The position numbers and the translations under genes were made by a program. Shown here one piece after another: positions 51,498 through 63,877 of a stretch of 64,000 bases of DNA (positions are counted from its first letter, which is position 1; each line of letters starts with the position of its first letter). The stretch is from positions 1 to 64,000 of the forward strand of contig LVLI01000599.1 in assembly GCA_001687465.1 (NCBI GenBank), read 5' to 3'. Source of the stretch: Halocafeteria seosinensis (lineage: Eukaryota). Under the pieces are notes generated by a model. The model saw only the letters and a list, made by a program, of their open reading frames with translations. It did not search any database and was not told the DNA's origin.

Positions 51498-54466
51498 TCA
51501 CGACCGGGTTTGGCGAAGCTGGGAGAAGGACCACGCTAAAATGTCATGTGTTTGCCACACTTGGGCTGTAGTGCTCGCCGAAAACCCGACCCATGCCCGA
51601 CCATCACTCATGTCGAGAGTTTCCCGGAGGTTTAACGGCACAGCCAGCACTGGCACCGTGTCGTCATACAAGTAAACTGATAGCAATCCCATCGATTGCT
51701 TCCATGTTCCCAAACCTCCAGCAATGTAGAACTTGTCTGTCAGGAAATGGGCGACATTCATTAGGTTTTTCGCTATCTGTCCCATTCTTTGAGCGTCGAA
51801 AGTTGGTTCATAAGTCACTCGAACTTCTATAATTCCACACCTCCCGTCGGTGAGATCGGGAACACCGGCTGTCGTTTCCCCTAAGCTGTAACTGTGATTC
51901 GCTGAGTTGCTCCTGTCGCTTGTTCGAGCGTGCAGCGAGATATGGTTTTCATAGGGATCAAGATTCTCGGAGTCAAACCAAGTGTCAAACTCCAGAGCTA
52001 CACTGTTGTTAATCCCGGCGTATCCAAGTCCATCTCCTCCTCGTCCCAAAGAAGTTGAAGCTTCATTTTGAATAATAAACGCTATGCCAGACCCTCCACG
52101 GCTTCTACAGTTCGTAAAAACGCCATCCATAGTTTTGCAGAAGGAGGAAGGAGTCGCCATTCGCAACACGAAGGACGTTTCGAACCCTTCGTCGACTAGT
52201 TGTTTACGCTTGTACCACGCTGCTCCAACTTGAGAGGGTACGCTCGCCGTCAACCGCAACAGTGATTCGCAAGGTGGAATCGCCTGGTTCATATACTCAC
52301 TGATGTCCATATCTGTTATCTGTGAGGAAGAAATGAGCCTCGAGTTTGGCCTCGGCATTTGTACCGCTTTGTCGAACAGTGACACATTCAGTTGTCGCAT
52401 AGCTTCTGCAACATCGGAAGCATTGGGCAAAGCAAAGGCATAGTCGATAAAGGATACATTTCTCCAAGCGATAGACAACAATTGATCTAAGCCACCCTCA
52501 TCGGATAATTCCTTCGTTTGCTGTTTAATATGAGTTGCGCGAAACGGAACATTGTTTAGCGACGAAGGACGCAAATGCGCTACAGCGAAGCAAAAGAGTT
52601 CGCGATGTTCCACCGACCGACGAGGATTTTCAAGGGGCTCTTCGTCGTCACAGGCTTTCCACCATAGAAGTTTTCGATCGTCTCCATATTTGTCTACACA
52701 AGTAGCAGTGGCATTGCAGCCTCCTATTGACGCAGTACCAACGAGGACCAGGCCGTAGTGCCCTTCGGATCCACGACTTCCTCTGGGACCGAGAATAACC
52801 CTGGAGTCACTAGGACCATGTTCTAACGTCTTGTTTAACGAAAAACTCTCAAAACTGAAGTCAGTTACTAATGTTCTCTCTATGGAAGTTTCCTGACTGA
52901 ATCCGCCAATGACGTTCGGCAAGACCTGTTCTCGTCTACCATAGGCGTCCACTTCTCTCCATCTGCAGTTTTCGGATAACCTATCTTCCGATAAAGAAGC
53001 TATTCGGAATTGATACCGAGCATACAGGTCTAAATCTGTTATTGTTGTGGTTGTGATATTACCCACAATGTAGTTCATTTCTCCATGGTCCCCACCCCAT
53101 GCAGTCCATGCTCCGTCATTTGTCTCAAGGAATTCATCACACACATGTTCCTTTACGGGGATAGTCGATTCTTTGTGTATTCCATCAAGAATGGAACTGC
53201 TTATTCTTTCAAATCGACGCATGGCACCGAAGGGAGCATCAGAGTTGTTGCACGGATATTCTTGTCGAAGTGTTGCGTTCCGGAGCAGCACCTCTAATTC
53301 TTTTTCCTTTCTTCCTTGAATTAGAAACCCTGTAATCATTGTATTATTCCAAAAATCTGTTCCAAGACTCCAGCGGAGATCTAAATGCCGTGAGCCAATG
53401 TTACTGACCACCAACATTGCGGGTGGAGTAGGTGCGGTAACATAGTCAAAGAGTGTCGCAGTAGTTGTCAGGTACGGTAAAAACCCGTTGGCGAGATCCA
53501 TAGTGATGCCAGTTCCAGAGCCAGGAGGAGACGTACACCACAGGACTTGCCCGTTTTCATTCTGCGTCACGTTCCTACATACACGCTCCCCGAGTAGGAC
53601 TCGAGTTCCACTCGGCCCGAAGTTGTATCCTTCCACTCTAATACGCTCACCACCTCCTAAGCGGCAACTGAAGGTCTTAGAGATGGGAAGGGTAGCATCT
53701 TGCTGAGCGTCTTCGAAGCCTTCAAGAGCTGCAGACATAGAACTAAAGAATGCAGTTGTTGGGGTTCCCATGCATTCTGGATCGGCACCTGTGTTGCCAA
53801 GATCGTTGTTACATCCGTCCAGTTTCAGGACAACCGGTTTATCAGCAATTTTAGTATAGTGTAGGTTAAGGACTACAGACGCCCCTGATCCCAGACCTCT
53901 AACCCGAAATCGCATTGACGTTGCGTACAGCAGCGTCTTCGGCGGTTCGAAATCTAGCTGCCTCTCCAACATTTCTGAGTAGGCTGTTTCCACAAGGCCA
54001 GTACCGGGTAGAGTAAACGAATACGATAGTGTACCAGTAGTGTTTCTGTCTACTCCCTGTGTGGCCAAGGTCGCATCGAGTGTTAATGGTTGACCAAGGT
54101 GCATGGCACGAACGGCTAGCACCGAATATTGTGTAATGGGGGCGAAAAAGGGTGGTGAATCGATTTCAGCTCCGTCTCTTTCGAGGATTAGCTGCAGGAC
54201 GCCGTTTCGATGGCGCACCGTCATGCCACTCTCTTCGATGGAGGAAGATCCCCAATTCCAGCGACTGATGCTAAAATCATAACTCACTGAACGAAAGCAC
54301 ATCACAAGTGTAACTCAGCAACTACGAAGGGGAAGTATCTCCACTTACAATGCTCGAAGAGTTCTAGGCTGGAGCTATCCGCTGCGTTTGTGTACCCCGT
54401 CCAAAATGAGACCGTGATTCCTAGAAGGCATAATACAGTGTACGCTATCCTGTGCTGCATCCTCAT
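51498..54466 (-). CDS. Secreted IPT/TIG-FN3-legume (L-type) lectin protein, 2 exons
   Basis: Signal peptide MRMQHRIAYTVLCLLGITVSFW; IPT GGERIRVEGYNFG..CTSPPGSG; FN3 DLRW..DLDLYARYQFRI; lectin LRLT..VGAAWY..VALEFDTW..WVGFSAST. Confidence 0.75.
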
Positions 54467-54782
54467 GGTACATGAAGTTTGTACCCCGTTGCCCCCGTTT
54501 CAAAGCCTTCCTCGAACCTGAGCCAACCACGTGCCTAACACTAGCATTTCATAAAACAGTTCCAAAATTTATATGTACATTATCAAGTTTGCCGTACGTA
54601 ATGGAATCCTCTTGCATGCTAATGAGCCGCCCAGCTGCATCCGGGCCCCCAGCCCGGAGGCTAACGTCTGTCTTTCGAAAGCTCAAAAATTGCACGAACT
54701 TTGGAAGGTTGTTTTGATGACTCTATCGGACATTTTCATGCCCATTTTCTTCTTTACATCTCAATGGTTTAAACAAAGAACA

Positions 54783-56730
54783 ATGTCATTCCTTTTGAGG
54801 GATGAATTATTTGATCATGGCATCGTATGCTCCCATCATCGGCAGCCTAGTGTAGGCCAGATTCATACGATTGTGCGTGGATTACTGGAAAAAACACAGG
54901 ATAAGCTCTTTGCTAGGTACGTTTACTTTCTTAGCGTATACCTTAGGGTATCCGTCATGCTCGCATTAGATATTTGTGCTCTATGAATCTCCAGTAAGGA
55001 CTTAGTTTGTCGACTCTTGGAAGAAACACTGCATTGGAAGAAGGCCCATTCCCATCTGTAAGGAGAACCCAAATGCTTGTATTAGTGGATCATGATACTA
55101 ATCTTTGCGGATACCGACGCAGCTTTTGTGCTTTGGCTTACGAGTTCGCTGGAGACACAGAAAGAGGTCAGTCAGGTCGTTTTGTACTGGCGTTAACTAT
55201 GCTTATTTATCGTTGTGTGTGCTGCATTTGAGTCCAGGAAAACTACCCATTATAGAAGTAGCACTCTACCTGCTAGTCCATGCTTATAAACGGCCTGCAC
55301 AACGTCAAGCCTCTCATATGGTGGCTGCATGGCCTCAGGCTAACCAGGGTCACTTGGCAGAATCGTCACCAGGGGGTAAGGTGGAGCACCGGGTTAGTGC
55401 GTTCTCCACGGAGTCTTCGACAAGACAAGCAGGTTTGCAAGAGTACAAGGCTGAATGTGAAAGTAGGGTCCAATTTGTCCTCAAATATCTGCCCGACATT
55501 CTGGCCGACTTAAGCAAATACCATCGAAACAAACTTCCCCGCACTCTGACAGATAGACTACAGTTTTTGATAAATGGTGTTGCGAACGAGCGAGTGGCCA
55601 CATTGCGCGATGTTCTCTTGAGAAATCACTCATTGAGTGAAGAAGATTTAACCAATCCAGTGGCACTTTCCAAGAGCATACAGGAGCTTCTGATGTGTAG
55701 AGAGGACTTCGTGCATGACTCCACCGGAGGGGAGCGCCAACCAATATATTCTCCCACTCATCAAAAGCTACGAGTCGTGGGTTATCATAAGTCGCTGCAC
55801 ATATCCGCGTCTGCGCGAAGCCAAAACAACAAACAGGAGGGAGTGCTTCCAGATATCCGCATAGAAAACTGCACCGAAAGCCAGATATATATTTTACGCC
55901 CAGCTAGATACGTCTTAGTTCGAGGATGCCACCGATGCACCATCGTTTTGGCTGCGGTGGAAAACTACGTGACCGTTGAAACATGTGACAATTCAGAAGT
56001 GACTGTAGCTTGCTCAAGAATTAGGGTCGTCAACTGTGTTGAGATGAATTGCTTCATCTTCAGTAAACGTCAGCCAGTAGTCGCAGGTGACTGTCGCGAT
56101 ATTCACCTTGGACCATTTGGAATTACATACCCGCTGCTTGCTCGTGATATGTTTCATGTGTCTCTTATTTCCACAGAGTTTACACCAGAGACAACAAAAG
56201 GATGGATAGAGATCGCTTCTTCTGCCATTCGCCATCCGCCAAATCTCTGGAATGAGCCTGTGTTAGTAGATCTCATTAGTCCTCACGAGGACGACACCCT
56301 GCACTCGGAAGCAAAAGTTCATTACAATCTGGACTCAGAACATAAGGAGTCACAGCGTCAACAAATTGGCATAATACCTCCTGAGGAGTTTTTCTATCAA
56401 ACGGTTCCGTGGTTCGGTGTGGAGACGGAAGACAGCATGGTTTATGACTACCCACAAAGGCCCATAATCGAAGTACCTCGAGCATACAAAATCAGCGTTG
56501 CCCAGAAGGCAGAAATTGCCGGACAAGTTCGTGCGGAGTTGCAGAAAGCATCCGAAGAACTATCTGAGGAATCATATGCAGAGCTTCAAGCCGCTATACA
56601 GGGACACTTTAGAGAGTGGTTGGTATCTACAGGCTCTGCTCGGACAGTCAGCAATCTCGTGAAGTATCATAGACGGCAAAATCACAACGCCGGATCCCCT
56701 TTGAAACAGCTTGCCTTATCATCTGAATAG
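54783..56730 (+). CDS. TBCCD1: TBCC domain-containing protein 1-like, 4 exons
   Basis: Beta-helix repeats IENCTESQIY..VRGCHRCTIVL..PVVAGDCRDIHLGPF; NLWNEP; C-terminal FREWLVSTG. Confidence 0.8.
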
Positions 56731-56756
56731 ATTGAGTACTGGGACGAAAAACGACA

Positions 56757-57700
56757 ATTACTTTTGTGCGTCTTTAAACTTTTTTTTATATAGCCAATCA
56801 CCATTATTATTAAATGGTAACTTTCTATTTCCTCGTAATCCAAATATACTTTCTGTAATTCAGTCACTTTTCTTTTATCTTCCTTAAATTTGTTGTTAAT
56901 GTTGTACTCATTCGCATAATAAAATTTATCGTCATCATTAAATTATTAAGAAAATGAATATATAAAACATTGCTTTTTGTATATCTTACCCTGTCCAATG
57001 CTTGCATACTATCTTTAACCAAACAACTAGGATCACTCATACAGCGTTTGTTATTAAAATAATCGGGTTTATCAAAATTAACCCCAACTGTTATGCCGGG
57101 ACTCCATCCCACTAATTTCTGTTTTGCCCAAAACTTATTAACATCTTTAGCGGTCTTGTATATTAATTTGTTATCCATATCTTGATTGTAGTTTAAAGCC
57201 TTATAGTTCTTCTTTTGCAACTCATCACATATTCTAATTAAATCATCCTTACTGGAAGGATGGAAAATATTTTTCTTCCCATTCTTTAAATCTTCTTTAA
57301 TCAACTTCTCAAATGTACCCTTTGACTTAACTATTACTCCTTTCCCTGTTTCTGTTTTTTCTGCATTCTCACTAGTCAGTATTTTTTATTGTTTTACTTC
57401 CTCATACAATGCATATCCCACCCCACAATCATTTAAGAAGACATCATTTACTATAATTTTTTTCCTGTTCTTTAATAACATTCTTAAATCTCTTTCTGTT
57501 ATATGGGCTTTATTCTCATTGTTCCACCATTCAAAATGGCTAATAATGCTTCCAATTTATCTAAAATTATTTTATCATACCGGTCTTCGTTGTCTTCACC
57601 TACTCTATGAAGGCTTTCCAAACTACAAAATAGCCGATTACCCTTATCAAGGTCTTTAATGCTTTTGTCTTTGTATCTCTTACAACCATATTCTTTAAAC
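56757..57700 (-). pseudogene. AT-rich degenerate viral-type origin-binding protein / SF2 helicase fragment (endogenous viral element)
   Basis: About 30% GC by eye versus about 48% in host genes; no introns. Motifs RLFCSLESLHRV..YDKIILDKLE, KKIIVNDVFL, WSPGITVGVNFD, QALDRVR. Frameshift near 57500, in-frame TAA at 57386-57388, further frameshifts near 56940 and 56815. Confidence 0.72.
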
Positions 57701-57852
57701 CCTCCAGGGGAAGAAGCGAAAAGGAAGCCGACTACCATGAAGAAGATGCGGGCTCACATCTCAGCTAAGTGTAGCCAGCAATAATTGAAAGAGATGCCCT
57801 TACTGGTTGTTTGGCTTCATTTTTTCGCCATGCGCGGTAGCTCATCGATGAC

Positions 57853-58780
57853 CTAGCCGAAGGCTACTCTTTTTCGTCCACGGATACGCACATCCTTGTA
57901 TTTCCTTAAAGCTGCCTTGCTAGTAGTATGGCTGTCCATATAACATTGAATTATGTGTCGAAACGTCTCTTGTAAATCGGGATGGGTGCTCAGAAAGGCT
58001 CGCTCGAGTACATATAAATCAACTGCCATATCCTCCGGGGTAGCATTGCCTGAGGAGAGACCGAAGTCGATCAAAGATAGTCTTTCCACTGAATTGGGAT
58101 GTGACGAGCTCACTATCATATTAGACGTGGTTAAATCCCCGTGTACGTAGCCGGAGCCATGAAGCTTCCCGATTACACGCCCAATCGCTTCTGCAACTTG
58201 CTCCCGCATTTTATCGCTACAGCTTCGTTCTTCAAGGACCGCTTTCACTGTGCTCCCAGCTATTTTATCCATGATAATAATCTTTTCCTTAGTGTCTACA
58301 TGGAGTAATAATGGGGCGTGTATGCCCAAACAACGACATCGGTGTAAGCATCGAGCTTCCTGTAGCGTCATACCACATCAACGACACCAGGTCTTTGCTC
58401 ATTTTTTCCTTCCAATTCATTGACAAAGTGATATACTTACTTGAATTAGTCTGTGGGAGCTCAACCTCTGCTCCAGTACCGGATGTCGGTACTTCTTGGT
58501 AAATCTTTGCTTGAGAACCGCCTGGCGTCCCATAAAAGTGCCTTCGAATAAGCGCTGTATGAAGTGGAAGGAAAACATGCTCCAGAGGCATGCATGACAT
58601 GAAACATCGTCTCATCGTGTCACGTACTGCTTCAGCTCCCTGGCTCACTAGAGTCCACGAAAACCCTTTAGCATGAGTTGACGCTCCTTGAGACGTATCA
58701 TTGATGGCGGGTATCCCATACAGAGAGCTAGCTGTATCACTTTTTTCCCTGGCAGTAGTGTGCCCACTTGATGTAGCCAT
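57853..58780 (-). CDS. BUD32: KEOPS kinase Bud32/TP53RK, 3 exons
   Basis: SQGAEA|RLF; KQRFTKKYRHP; EARCL; VHGDLTTSN; IDFGL; EDMAVDLYVLERAF; RGRKR. Confidence 0.95.
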
Positions 58781-59064
58781 GTCTTTCACATTAGCAGGCT
58801 GGTACAAACACAACATATCACAATACGTCTAATGGAAATCGAGTATGTTCACGGAGAGTCTTTCCAGAGTAAGGCAGATTCCGTGAGGCATAGGTTTGTT
58901 GCTGTAATCGCTCCTACAGTTAGTAAAAAACACGAGGAACACACACATGCACAGTGTATAGTATACATGCTCTTGATATTGTACTCAGAAGCAGCAATTG
59001 GAGGGAGAGAGAGACACTAGCCCAGCTTCAAATCAACCTCAATCTCCCTTAACAGCGCTCTATT

Positions 59065-60007
59065 ATGTCAGGTATGTAGCCCAACTGGCACGACTGTAAG
59101 TACTCCTGTATAACTATGGATCTATACAGCTAATGTGGACGAGGTGGCAGCTTTGGTCAAGGACCTAACGGATGCCGACAAACGCGAAGCTGCCCTGGTG
59201 GAGCTCAGCAAACGAAGAGAAAGCTTTGCTGATTTAGCTCTCCTGTTATGGCACAGTTATGGAACCATGTCAGCCTTGTTACTGGAAATTATACAGATTT
59301 ATCCTAGTTTACATCCGCCGCGCTTAACAGCTCATGCGTCGAATCGCGTATGCAATGCTCTGGCTCTTCTGCAATGTGTTGCGTCTCACTCGGAAACACG
59401 AAGCAAGTTTTTGGCGGCACATATACCGCTGTATCTTTACCCTTTCCTAAATACTGTTAGCGAAAGTAGGCCTTTCGAATACCTAAGGCTTACATCACTC
59501 GGCGTTATTGGGGCTTTGGTTAAACAGGACGACTCAAGTGTGGTCAACTTTTTACTACAGACAGAGATCATTCCTCTGTGCTTACGAATAATGGAAAAGG
59601 GCAGTGAGCTCTCAAAGACTGTAGGTTTTTGTACCCATTGCCTTTGTTGTCGCATCACTGGTTTGAATATGCGCATGTTGTCAATGCTTTCCTCGCAGGT
59701 TGCAACATTTATAGTGCAGAAAATACTAGTGGACGAGACAGGACTAAACTACATATGCGCCACTGCTGATAGGTTTTACGCAGTTTCTACAGTGTTATCA
59801 AATATGGTTGCTATGCTCGCAAAAGAACGGTCTCATCGTTTGCTGAAGCACATTATTAGGTGTTATTTGCGTTTAGCTGACAACGTCAGGGCTAGGCAAG
59901 CCCTTCGAGAGTGTTTACCGTCTGCTCTGCGAGATGGCACTTTTTCAGACCTGGCCAAAGCGGATCCATCGATACGGAAGTGGTTGCAACAGCTGAGTCA
60001 ACTTTGA
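59065..60007 (+). CDS. CNOT9: CCR4-NOT subunit 9 (Rcd1/Caf40), 3 exons
   Basis: [66 protein letters not shown]. Confidence 0.97.
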
Positions 60008-60377
60008 TGAAGATGTACGTTTATGAACGGTGTACAGGAACAGATGCAGTGTCAACCACAGGATCAGATAATTCGCCATAGCTAGCGTAGCTTTCGAAGA
60101 TAGTCAAACCCAACATTCGATGCGTTTCCCTGTGAACATAAAGAATATACGATCGTCGTTGCCACTGCAAGTCGCTTTCACAACCCGCGCTGCTTTATAT
60201 CCTAGCTCAGCCCAATCTCATATGACTAGCGATTTCTTCTACAATTTGCTGAGAAATCGTAGTAGACCTAAGGTAAGTACTTAAGCAACATATTCAACAT
60301 AAGAACCTCTAAATTGTATATTTCGCATTGATCGAAAAAGGTGGACATGGACCAAAGCATATCCTGTGCCAGCTTGC

Positions 60378-61007
60378 TTACAACATTTCATCGAACGGCT
60401 GTGGTGTGAGGACGACTGGGTATTGACCATGAGCTTGAGCAGAAACGAACTTTCCTTCACGCGGCTGGCGAGGTATACGTTTCAGCTTGTCGTGGGGAAC
60501 GGCTTCTGCAAGCGGGAAAGAAAGAAGCTAAGAATGGCAGCTGTGCTAACGCCCCAGGTGGGGCTACAATACTTACTTCCTGATTCTTTAGCTTCTCTTC
60601 GGATGGCATCGTTCTCCTTTACACGGCGGAGGAAATCTTTGCGGCAGTTGGATTTACGTACATGTTCGATGCGTACGTTGATGCGCTTCTTCATGATTCT
60701 CTGTCTAACTTGCTTGTTGATCTCAACTCCTACAGCTCGCTTCGTGATATTGAAAACGACTCCAGTACGTCCGTGGTAATGCTTGAACGGCATACCCTTA
60801 TGAATAGCTCCGTTGGTAACAATGTCAACATAGTCACCGATCTGCATGGTATACCATCATGTCTACGATGCTGAGTGACCTCAATGAGGAGGGCAGCCTT
60901 ACCTTGATTGGCTTCAGATACGTAGTAAGATTGGGCATTCCACGTTCACGGAAGTTGCGCGCGAACATGTCGCGCGTACGCGCACGGTATCCATTATGAT
61001 GCGGCAT
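60378..61007 (-). CDS. RPL21: 60S ribosomal protein eL21, 3 exons
   Basis: MPHHNGYRARTRDMFARNF; GDYVDI..GAIHKGMPFKHYHGRTGVV; KRINVRIEHV. Confidence 0.97.
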
Positions 61008-61566
61008 TTTGTATTTGTTTAAAGGGCTCGATCCTTCAAAGACACCAAAGACTCTGCAGCAGCAAAAAAGGACGATGTCGACTAACCACATCCCACCCTA
61101 GCACTCTTTACACAACAAGACACATTCATTAGACAAACAAACAATCTCAGAACTCGGCATTGCACATGTTGTTGGTACTGCCACAGTGTACAAGAGCCTG
61201 AAGCCCTTCGTCTTTTGGCGTCACTCGCTGAAAGTGCTCTAGCTTCCTACCCTATTCCATCCCCATAAGTGGTCACCGTCCATAATCCGGTAGATCATGC
61301 AAGTATCTAGGTCGGAGACCGAAAATATACCCCATAGAGAACTTTTATAGCCTTGAATAGGCCCTCTTAAACACCCCTTCCAGCCGGTGTCGCCTCGGAA
61401 GCACGAAGGCTCCCTCCTCTAGGCAGCCTTTGCGGCACTATCTGCCACAAAATCTAGCGGACCACTACGCATAATGATAGGAAGTACAACTTACACTTAT
61501 TAGTCTTTCGATCAAATGTCCATGTCCACAACACAGTCCAAATTTCGAGGTGTATAAAGATTGACT

Positions 61567-61746
61567 GGAAATCCAGGGCGACCCGGCCGACAAAAAGGGT
61601 CGGGACTCCTGCGCAGGGGAACCCAAGGGGAAGTCCGGGTAGAAGGGACCTTGCCCAAAACTAGCGCCCCCGGGCATTCAGCCGGGACCGGTCGGGACCC
61701 TGGCGGCAAAACTTCAACCTGCGTGAGGACCTCCGCAGAAAATTCC
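61567..61746. other. GC-rich, highly self-complementary segment (possible structured ncRNA, unidentified)
   Basis: At least six nested or adjacent stems found by eye in an intergenic region, with no convincing ORF. Confidence 0.4.
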
Positions 61747-61965
61747 ATGTATGGCTTCGTAGTAGCGAATGAATTGGTGTTTATAACGTTTGAAGAGCTC
61801 TTTCTGACATATTGCGGAGCGTTTTGTTACCGGTTTCCAGCGTTTGCTATTTCTGTGGCTCTCCACTGCTTGAAACCGAGCTCTAAACCACAGTATCCTG
61901 CATCCACTTCCAACTCGTTTTATCGGATAAGAGTACTACGCCTCCTACCTCCTAGGTTACGAAAA

Positions 61966-63877
61966 ATGTATTCCGCTGTCCGGAACCAGATGCTCCCTCG
62001 GAAGGCCCCTCTTAGATCTAGGGGATCTCGAGGAATCTGCAGTGGCGGCGTTATACGCCCCGAAGCTTCCCGTACACATGACGTCTTCAATCAGTCGACT
62101 GACTTGGGAAATATAAATGTGTTTTCGCAAGATCCTGTTTTCATGGAAGCCGCAAAAGCCTTTGGCGCCGAATGGGCAATGGATAAATTTGTTCGCTATG
62201 GAGAGGTGTGTGGAACTGAAGCCCGGAGAGAATCAGCTCGAGAAGTAAGAATGCGTTGCACGTGATCGCGTATCGAACCTATAGTCTAGTAATTTCCGTG
62301 CAGGCCAATATAAACACTCCTACACATGAGATGATCGATAAGTTTGGAAATCGAGTGGACCGAGTCAGATTTCATCCTTCATATCACACCTTGATGGAGA
62401 GTGCGATCAACCATGAAGTTACCTCATTCGCCTGGAAACACGAAGGACAGGAGGGGGCGCATATTGGCAGAAGTCTCCTAGGAATGAACCATTACAAAAC
62501 AGAAGGAGGTACTAGTTGTCCTCTGACGATGACTTTTGCTTGTCTCCCAGCTTTACGGCACGAACCGAAGGTAGCCGAAGAGTTGATGCCGAAACTTATA
62601 TCCGATGTTTACGACCCTCGAGACGTACCAATGGAAGAGAAGGAGGGAATAACGCTAGGAATGAGTATGACAGAAAAGCAAGGAGGTACCGATGTTCGTC
62701 AGAATACGACTATAGCAAAACCTCTGGACGATGTGGAAGAGCAATATGAACTGACTGGGCACAAGTGGTACGTTTTACATTGCATGTCGTCCTTAATTTT
62801 GTAGAAATTAAATGCTGTGACTTCTCCAGGTTTACTTCTGCACCCATGTGTGACGCCTTTTTAACGTTAGCACAGCTTGATGAAGGTGTAACCTGCTTCT
62901 TAGTGCCTCGATGGCTTCCCGACGGCAGCCGCAATTCGAATTTCCGTATAGTGCGGCTAAAGGATAAAATGGGGGATAGAAGCAACGCAAGTTCTGAGGT
63001 TGAGTACGATAGGGCTTGGGCGCGAAGAATCGGTCCTAAGGGCCGGGGAGTACAGACCATTGTTGATATGGTTGTACACACTCGTCTTGACTGTGGAACT
63101 GGTTCTTCGTCGCTGATGCGTCAGGCATTTTTCATGACATTAAATCATTCGCTCCACCGCAAAGTATTCGGCACGACTTTGATAGACGCGCCTGCTATGA
63201 GGGCGTTGATGGCGGATCTCGCCGTGGAATCTGAGGCATCGACATGGCTTTCCTTGTTCACCTCATCTCTATTTGATCGCTGCAGTATGGAGAGCGTTGA
63301 CGAATCAGCAAATCCTCTGCGCCGACTGGTTACGGCTGTACAGAAATTCTGGATTTGCAAAAAGGCACCCGGTTTCGCCTACGAGTGTATGGAAAGTGTA
63401 GGAGGTAATGGATACGTCCACGAATGGGACTTTCCAAGAATATTTCAACAATCTCCATTAAATTCAATCTGGGAAGGCAGCGGCAACACAATTGTGCTCG
63501 ATATCTTACGCACGCTAGCAAAAGAACCGGACAGTGCTCGAGGTCTTTACGCCGAGTTATCGAAAGTGCAGGGCCAGAGTCAGCGATATGATACTGCATT
63601 GGCTTCCGTGTTCGAGCAATTACAATCACTGCAGAAGCAGGACCCGAGTGATGTGCAGCTACATGGACGCTTTGTAGTAGATGCGTTGGCCCAGCAATTG
63701 GAAGCTTACGTGCTCCGTCGATACGCTCCGTCAGAAGTTGCTAACTGGTATGAAATGAACCATCTTGAGGTGAAATCCGGATGCAAACGAAATTATGGTT
63801 CATTGCCCGTAGAATTCCCCACAAGCGACTTGAATCGAATCATCGATCGAAGTGTTAACGCGTTGCGTAACTTGTAG
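61966..63877 (+). CDS. AidB-like acyl-CoA dehydrogenase with possible mitochondrial presequence, 3 exons
   Basis: THDVFNQS; FHPSYH; CPLTMT; MSMTEKQGGTDV; TGHKW|FTSAP; RLKDKMG.RSNAS.E; GGNGY; NSIWEGSGN. Confidence 0.9.

Noticed and set aside
43040..58780. CDKAL1 and BUD32 as a t6A pathway cluster
   Set aside because: They are about 13 kb apart with several unrelated genes between them, which is compatible with chance.
61625..61640. ggggaagtccggg resembling RNase P/MRP CR-I
   Set aside because: No matching CR-V or P4 partner strand found at the expected downstream position.
61966..63877. AidB-like gene as a recent bacterial transfer
   Set aside because: It has spliceosomal introns and host-like composition, and AidB-like enzymes are known in other eukaryotes; a phylogeny would be needed.
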